Positions 26,659 to 32,000 of a stretch of 32,000 nt of DNA are shown here, in pieces. The notes under the pieces were generated by a model. The model was not told the DNA's origin. It saw nothing but the letters and a program-made list of their open reading frames with translations, and did no database searches. Where the stretch lies: the sequence record NC_029316.1; one strand, written 5' to 3'. Made by a program: the position numbers and the translations under genes. The stretch is from Acidianus tailed spindle virus. Position 1 is the stretch's first letter. Each line of letters opens with the position of its first letter.

Positions 26659-26834
26659 ATATTTAAATACATATGTTTGAGCTTTTGTTAAGTATTCTGC
26701 TGACTTCCTCCCTGCTGGCTTTTTCTTTGCCTTGGAATGGTGAAGCTTTCCACTCTTTACACAAAATCCTTAAATTGAAGTCTGGAAAAGTGCGGAAACA
26801 GAATCCTTTTATATACTGAAACGTTTGTTTTCGC

Positions 26835-28187
26835 ATGGAACGTATAGAGGTAGAAATCAATAATCCTGAAATTTTAGAATATATTAAAAAATTAGGCACA
26901 AATAACGTATATCTTGTCGGCGGTACTGTTAGGGACATCCTGACTGGCAAGAAGCCCAAAGACTTAGATTTTGTTGTTACAGATTTTGATAAAGCGTTAA
27001 AGTTAGCAGAAGAGATGAACTTACCTATTCATGAGGACGGTATACGCTTCGGAGTCCTTAGAATAGGAGATAAATATGATTTTGCTTCATTGAGGAAGGA
27101 GAGATACGACACTGTTAGTAAGCCTACCGTTGAGCTCGGTGCTTCTTTGGAAGAAGATGCGAGGAGGAGGGATTTTACAATTAATGACCTCTACGGCAAG
27201 ATAGTAGGTATTCATGGAAATAAATTGGTAATGGAGATACTTGATTTTAATAACGGTTTGGAGGATCTGCGTAATCATACGTTAAGGTTCGTAGGAAACC
27301 CGCAGGAGAGAATAGACGAGGATCCGCTTAGGATACTGAGGGGAATAAGGTTTATCCTTTACGGCTATAAAATGTCACCAGACCAACTGGAAATTATGAA
27401 GAAGAACATTAGTAAGCTGGATAAATTACCTATAGAGAGAATAAGGGATGAGATACTAAAAATACTAAAGGTTAACCCTGCGGAGGGGTTTAAACTACTC
27501 GACGAGTTCGGTCTGTTAAAATATCTCTATGGAGAACATTACGAGGCATTAAAGAATACCTATCACGATAATAGGGGAGCACACCACGGTGAGGATGTTA
27601 TAGAGCACACATATGAGGCGTTAAAGAGGCTTAGAAACCCAGATATTGAAACGATATTAGCAGTAATTTACCACGATGTAGGCAAACCTTATACTAGGAG
27701 CGAAAAAAACGGGAAGATAATGTTCATAGGTCACGCTAAAAAGAGTGCGGAAATTGCGAAGGAATTAATGAAGAGACTAAAGTTACCTAACAACATAATA
27801 AAGGACGTTACTAACTTAATAGAAATGCACATGGACTTCAATCTAGCACAGAATAACGAGAAGAACCAGGCACAATTAATTACCAAGTTAATGTCACTGT
27901 ATTATTGGAACCCTGAGAAAGTAAGAGAGATATATAATAAACTAGTAGAGCTATCTCACGCTGATACTGGAAGTGAGAATATACTTAACATGTCCAACAG
28001 AATAACAGAACCGATTATAACTGGAGAAGAAATAGCAAATACTTTTGGTGTGAGCGGAAACATATTGAAGCATTTGAAGGAGAGAGCATATACTCTACAA
28101 CTGCTAGGATATGATAAAGACGAGATAATGAAGATGTTGAAAGGTGACCACAAGTTGTATGAGTTTAAGAAGCTTTTAGAAAATTGA
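26835..28187 (+). CDS. Class II CCA-adding / poly(A) polymerase-family nucleotidyltransferase with HD domain, 450 aa
   Basis: VYLVGGTVRDILTGKKPKDLDFVV, ARRRDFTINDLYGKIVG, NPQERIDEDPLRILRGIRFI, HD-domain signatures HHGEDVIEHTYEALKRL, AVIYHDVGKPYT, GHAKKSAEIAKELM. Confidence 0.93.
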   Translation: MERIEVEINNPEILEYIKKLGTNNVYLVGGTVRDILTGKKPKDLDFVVTDFDKALKLAEEMNLPIHEDGIRFGVLRIGDKYDFASLRKERYDTVSKPTVELGASLEEDARRRDFTINDLYGKIVGIHGNKLVMEILDFNNGLEDLRNHTLRFVGNPQERIDEDPLRILRGIRFILYGYKMSPDQLEIMKKNISKLDKLPIERIRDEILKILKVNPAEGFKLLDEFGLLKYLYGEHYEALKNTYHDNRGAHHGEDVIEHTYEALKRLRNPDIETILAVIYHDVGKPYTRSEKNGKIMFIGHAKKSAEIAKELMKRLKLPNNIIKDVTNLIEMHMDFNLAQNNEKNQAQLITKLMSLYYWNPEKVREIYNKLVELSHADTGSENILNMSNRITEPIITGEEIANTFGVSGNILKHLKERAYTLQLLGYDKDEIMKMLKGDHKLYEFKKLLEN

Positions 28188-28206
28188 AGCGAAAGAGCCT
28201 GTAAAG

Positions 28207-28470
28207 TCAAATTTCGCTTCTTAGAACTCTCACAAAAGGCTTTAGTTGTATTGCACCGAATTCCTCCATTTTTTTAAGCAACTTATAGCTGTCAATTGCC
28301 TCTAGCCCAGTTAATATTCTTACTGCGTTTATCAACTCTGTCCAGTCAATGTCCACTATTCCAGTCCTTGGGTCTGCTATACTGTTTAGTGTCCTCAACA
28401 CTCTGTTGGCAAAGTTCCTCTCATTTTCTGTCATAGTTGCAATGTAATACCTTCTAATTGGAGTTTCCAT
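28207..28470 (-). CDS. Small helical protein; start may be MTENERNFANRVL...
   Basis: ORF convergent with the nucleotidyltransferase gene. Confidence 0.6.
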   Translation of the reverse strand: METPIRRYYIATMTENERNFANRVLRTLNSIADPRTGIVDIDWTELINAVRILTGLEAIDSYKLLKKMEEFGAIQLKPFVRVLRSEI

Positions 28471-28538
28471 ATGTTTAGCTTTAATTTTGTGATTAAAAAA
28501 TATTTCTTCATTTCATTAAATTTTAGACCGTATTATTT

Positions 28539-28558
28539 GAAAACACAACTGTGTTTTC
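28539..28558. repeat. Dispersed palindrome copy 10
   Basis: GAAAACACAACTGTGTTTTC. Confidence 0.85.
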
Positions 28559-28650
28559 AGGAAGTTTGTTTAACTTTCTAGACGTAAAGCCTCACAGTTT
28601 TCGATAAACCATGAAGTTTATATACTTTAAGAGATTTAGTAGAGATAAGC

Positions 28651-28818
28651 ATGGACGTAGGGATATTATTCTTAATAGCAATAGCGTTGTCTGTATTTGA
28701 AATAATTTTAGGTATCTTAATCCATATTACAACTAAAGAAGATGCAGATTTTATTGCAATACTTGCAGGTGTTTTAGGGCTAATATGGATATTTCTAATA
28801 TCTGCACAAATTATCTAG
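28651..28818 (+). CDS. Two-TM mini-protein, 55 aa
   Basis: Manual translation MDVGILFLIAIALSVFEIILGILIHITTKEDADFIAILAGVLGLIWIFLISAQII; TATA-like actttaaga upstream. Confidence 0.55.
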   Translation: MDVGILFLIAIALSVFEIILGILIHITTKEDADFIAILAGVLGLIWIFLISAQII

Positions 28819-28865
28819 CAAAAATTTGTTCTACTTTCTGACGAAATAAAAAAAACGAATTAACT

Positions 28866-29036
28866 TTAGACCTTCATGACGAAACGCCTATCGACGAATT
28901 CTTTCACGGCTAATCTGTATACGTCGCTAATCGCGATATGGTTCTTTTCCGCTAAGTCCTTTATCTGCTCATGCCATTCGCGTGGCACGTAGAACGATAT
29001 CTTAACGCCGTCCGTGATTTTGTTCATTTTTCTCAT
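28866..29036 (-). CDS. Ribbon-helix-helix (CopG/Arc-like) transcriptional regulator, 56 aa
   Basis: Manual translation MRKMNKITDGVKISFYVPREWHEQIKDLAEKNHIAISDVYRLAVKEFVDRRFVMKV: beta strand plus two helices with the RHH pattern. Confidence 0.85.
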   Translation of the reverse strand: MRKMNKITDGVKISFYVPREWHEQIKDLAEKNHIAISDVYRLAVKEFVDRRFVMKV

Positions 29037-29072
29037 ATCTAATTTCGCCTCACGCCTTTTTTAATACATGCC

Positions 29073-29107
29073 GTCGGATTCCCGACTATATCGTCGGGAT
29101 TCCCGAC
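29073..29107. promoter_or_regulatory. Two near-identical palindromic operators upstream of the RHH gene
   Basis: GTCGGATTCCCGAC (29073-29086) and GTCGGGATTCCCGAC (29093-29107), centres about 20 bp apart, immediately upstream of the minus-strand TATA-like tattaaaaaagg. Confidence 0.85.
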
Positions 29108-29301
29108 GACAAAGAACGTATTTTTAACGCTTTGCATTTTTCTCATCCTTCGCGTCAATTATTGTCGATACGTCAATTTTACGACTTCTCATCTTTTTAA
29201 GCAATGCCTTCGTAATCGTTGTTAAGTGGGATATCTATAATCCGCATTGGGGCGGAAGCGGAACTTCATGAAGATTTATAATTCCGATTTTGAACGTAAA
29301 T

Positions 29302-29877
29302 ATGGGGAAAAGCGGAATGGAAAATAAGGGAGATTTAAGTCAAACTCCTAAAAACCAAATTCAATTTTTTTGGGATTTACTTAATTTTAATAAAGATAAA
29401 CTAAAGGATCTCGAACCACAGCGTCTTTTTGATAGTCTATATAATCACCTTACTCGTCTTGCTGAGATTTTGAAAGGAGATAGTTACAGAGATAGTTACA
29501 AAAGGAAAATATTCGTTTACCAAATGTTAAAATCTGTAATGTCTTCCTTATGTTATATAGCTCCTCTTCCAATTATAATATATTCTTCAAATACAAAATT
29601 TTATGAATTCGGTGTAATAAGAAGAAATGAAATACCAGTAGCTGTAGTTTTAGAATATGATGTTGAAGATAATAATGCTAAACCTTCTTCTATATATGAG
29701 ATAAACGAATGCAACGAACCCGTAGACCCTGACAATGTTGGAAATGTAAGGATGGGGACTGGGTTTGATTACGCTGATGTGCTAAATTTAGAGATACCTG
29801 GAGTATATAAGAAAATTAGAATTGAGTTTGGTGACGATGATAAAATAGAAATAAAGAAAATTGAAGAAGAGGAATGA
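29302..29877 (+). CDS. Hypothetical protein, about 191 aa
   Basis: ATG ORF (track uses an upstream TTG at 29290) ending just before the PP-loop gene. Confidence 0.65.
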   Translation: MGKSGMENKGDLSQTPKNQIQFFWDLLNFNKDKLKDLEPQRLFDSLYNHLTRLAEILKGDSYRDSYKRKIFVYQMLKSVMSSLCYIAPLPIIIYSSNTKFYEFGVIRRNEIPVAVVLEYDVEDNNAKPSSIYEINECNEPVDPDNVGNVRMGTGFDYADVLNLEIPGVYKKIRIEFGDDDKIEIKKIEEEE

Positions 29878-29888
29878 GGTGACTTGAC

Positions 29889-30671
29889 ATGGATCTGCTA
29901 GCAGTAAAGGAAGAGGCTAAGAAGATCTTACTCGGGTTCAAGGAAATCTATGTCATGTTCAGCGGTGGCAGAGACTCGTTAGTAGCACTGCACTTAACGC
30001 ACTCCATTTATCCCGAAAAGACAAAGGCATTATTCATTAACACGGGTATCGCTACACCGGGGCTGTTGGATTACGTAGAGGGAGTGACTAAAGAGTTGGG
30101 TATTGAGCTTACCATTATAGGATCTAAATACAACTATTTTGAGTTGGTGAATAAGATAGGTTTCCCTACACTAACAAAGAGGTGGTGTAAACGTTACCTC
30201 AAATTAGAGCCTCTACAAGATTTCGTTAAAGACAAAAAGGACATAATATTGATAACCGGAGTGAGGAAGAGTGAATCATGGATGAAGAGTAGGGCAAGTA
30301 AACTCTACTATAATGAAAAAATTGGGGCATTAAGTTATGCGATCGTTTATGATTTTACTGAGCAGGACGTAGAGGAGTACATAAAGGCTAACGGTCTAAA
30401 GAAGAATTACCTTTATGACATTTACGGAAAAGCTTACGACTGTTGGTGCTCTGCTTACAAGACACCGGCAGACTTTGCAGTACTAGCGTTAAAGAACCCG
30501 GAGTTCTTCCAAAAGTTCGTAGAGGCTGAGGCTAAGCTGAGGAAAGGAGGATCGGGGCTATTTTACAACCACCAAAGGATATACTTCCGAGATATTCAAA
30601 AGGATCCTAAATTGTACCTAGAAAGTTATGAGAGAAATTACAAGTGTCCATTGTGTAGAACCCTAATTTAA
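29889..30671 (+). CDS. PAPS-reductase/DndC-like PP-loop (adenine nucleotide alpha hydrolase) family protein, 260 aa
   Basis: IYVMFSGGRDSLVALHL (SGGxDS), ILITGVRKSESW, RWCKRY, YDCWCSAYK, YKCPLCRTLI (multiple Cys). Confidence 0.9.
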   Translation: MDLLAVKEEAKKILLGFKEIYVMFSGGRDSLVALHLTHSIYPEKTKALFINTGIATPGLLDYVEGVTKELGIELTIIGSKYNYFELVNKIGFPTLTKRWCKRYLKLEPLQDFVKDKKDIILITGVRKSESWMKSRASKLYYNEKIGALSYAIVYDFTEQDVEEYIKANGLKKNYLYDIYGKAYDCWCSAYKTPADFAVLALKNPEFFQKFVEAEAKLRKGGSGLFYNHQRIYFRDIQKDPKLYLESYERNYKCPLCRTLI

Positions 30672-30704
30672 TTTTTGTTCTTCTTTCTTTTAGGAGGAGC
30701 GAAA

Positions 30705-31433
30705 ATGGACAAGGATGAACTTAAGCAGATAATACAAAACTTACCAGATAACTCACCTAAGCTTCTGGAGTACCTTAAAGAAGCTAAGGAGAAGGGATGG
30801 AAGGATATCGTTGATATGATAGCTGTAAAACTAGGACTTAAGGAAGAGGGGAAGAAAGAGAAAAGAGAGAAGACTGAAATACTCAAGAATATTCTGAAGC
30901 CCTTGGGAAAAAAGAAGATAGAACATGCATGGGATTACAGCGTAGATTTTATTGAAGCTAAGAAAGTACTTACGTCTGCGTACAAACAGCTGTTTGATAT
31001 GAATCTAATGCCCTATGAAGCATACGTTGCTATTCTCTTGATACAACTAGTCAACGGTGCTAGGATAGGTGAGGCAATTAGGGCTTTCAAAACGTTCGTT
31101 GAATCAGGGCAAAGAGAATTCCAGCTTCAAGCAGAAAAGCACGGTAATACAAGGTTCTTTGTTATTCCAGACATAATAAGGACGAAGATAACATACAGAA
31201 CAATGCTTACAATTGATGACACACTGCTAGAAGATAGAATAAGAAAATTCGCACGTAAGTATCTAAAGACTAATACACATTCGCTACGTTACGCTTTGAT
31301 CTCATACTTGGCTAAGAATGCTGTAGACCCTGCGATCATCGCGAAGATAACAGGACACAAAAAGCTCGATAGAATTATACAGTATACTCAAACTAAAGAT
31401 GCAATAGATATTTTGCGTAAGCTTTCCGACTGA
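30705..31433 (+). CDS. Tyrosine recombinase/integrase, archaeal virus type, about 242 aa (track start at 30675 likely too early)
   Basis: LVNGARIGEAIRAF (Arg I), THSLRYALISYLAKNAVDPAIIAKITGHKKLDRIIQYTQT (HxxR...GHK...Y). Confidence 0.9.
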   Translation: MDKDELKQIIQNLPDNSPKLLEYLKEAKEKGWKDIVDMIAVKLGLKEEGKKEKREKTEILKNILKPLGKKKIEHAWDYSVDFIEAKKVLTSAYKQLFDMNLMPYEAYVAILLIQLVNGARIGEAIRAFKTFVESGQREFQLQAEKHGNTRFFVIPDIIRTKITYRTMLTIDDTLLEDRIRKFARKYLKTNTHSLRYALISYLAKNAVDPAIIAKITGHKKLDRIIQYTQTKDAIDILRKLSD

Positions 31434-31754
31434 TTAAGGAACCTTATGAAGATGTATTATTTTTCTTTCTTTATCAAAAGTTATTATGTAAAATCCCTTT
31501 TCAATTATCGCTCTTATTATTACACTGTCCTTTTTTCTTCCTAGCTTCGCTTTATATACGGGTTTCGAGAACGATATTGCGTATCCATAATCAGTTTTCA
31601 TTATATTATAATATGTATAATTTGTTATTTCATCATCTACTACAAAGCTTAAGCCGATACGCTTTCCTTTTGTTATTCTAATTGCTATCTCACACTCATC
31701 TGTTTTGCATTCGTAATGTCTAAAGATCTGTTGCTCTTCTTTCTCTACCATCAT
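31434..31754 (-). CDS. Hypothetical protein, 106 aa
   Basis: ORF convergent with and abutting the integrase; overlaps the upstream 65-aa gene. Confidence 0.6.
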   Translation of the reverse strand: MMVEKEEQQIFRHYECKTDECEIAIRITKGKRIGLSFVVDDEITNYTYYNIMKTDYGYAISFSKPVYKAKLGRKKDSVIIRAIIEKGFYIITFDKERKIIHLHKVP

Positions 31755-31917
31755 TGAACACCACCATCACGTCGTCAACTAGCGGTATTATTCTCTTTAT
31801 ATCTGCTACGTTTCTCCTCACGTACTTATAATAACCTCCACTAGTTTTTATTTTAAAAACTACCTGGTCACCATCTGCTAATACGGTGACCTTTTCAGTT
31901 GTTATTAATGTTTCCAT
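31720..31917 (-). CDS. Small beta-rich protein, 65 aa
   Basis: METLITTEKVTVLADGDQVVFKIKTSGGYYKYVRRNVADIKRIIPLVDDVMVVFNDGRERRATDL; coupled to the downstream gene. Confidence 0.6.
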   Translation of the reverse strand: METLITTEKVTVLADGDQVVFKIKTSGGYYKYVRRNVADIKRIIPLVDDVMVVFNDGRERRATDL

Positions 31918-31980
31918 AAGTTTTATCCCTGCACTTTTGCTTAAAAATAGAACGCTTGAAAGGACGAAGGTTTGTCGTTC

Positions 31981-32000
31981 GTTATCACAGCTGTGATTTC
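31981..32000. repeat. Dispersed palindrome copy 11, at the window edge
   Basis: GTTATCACAGCTGTGATTTC. Confidence 0.75.

Noticed and set aside
26663-26959. Minus-strand 98-aa ORF
   Set aside because: Spans the promoter and start of the nucleotidyltransferase gene; no supporting motif.
27956-28210. Minus-strand 84-aa ORF
   Set aside because: Antisense to the 3' end of the nucleotidyltransferase gene.

Overview
This 32 kb window looks like part of the genome of a Sulfolobales-infecting, spindle-shaped or tailed archaeal virus (ATV/STSV/SMV/ATSV-like, bicaudavirus-related). The lineage call is inference. It rests on a Sul7d-type chromatin protein (known only from Sulfolobales), an archaeal-virus-type tyrosine integrase, archaeal TATA-like promoters, a short helical candidate coat protein, and many small overlapping membrane-protein genes. 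The most informative genes are: a P-loop ATPase running off the left edge; a large Cys-rich membrane-anchored surface protein; a C2H2 zinc-finger protein; a ParB-domain / AAA+ ATPase / membrane-protein gene run; a candidate coat gene flanked by a DUF2079-like membrane protein and a GT4 glycosyltransferase; a Sul7d homolog; a Ser/Thr-rich mucin-like protein with a 146-bp exact internal DNA repeat; a HAD phosphatase; a class II (bacterial-type) CCA-adding-like nucleotidyltransferase with an HD domain; an RHH regulator with tandem palindromic operators; a PAPS-reductase-like PP-loop protein; and an integrase. The main non-coding signals are: (i) about 11 copies of a dispersed palindrome, consensus GAAAWCACAGCTGTGWTTTC, six of them within 21.0-24.5 kb; (ii) an AT-rich, ORF-poor region (23.4-23.9 kb) with iteron-like GTGAATTGAAAG and GTATATGAAA repeats, flanked by those palindromes and a candidate origin or partition locus; (iii) GGAAGTCAGC/GCTGACTTCC-like motifs and small hairpins bounding gene blocks; (iv) a truncated duplicate of the start of the nucleotidyltransferase gene.
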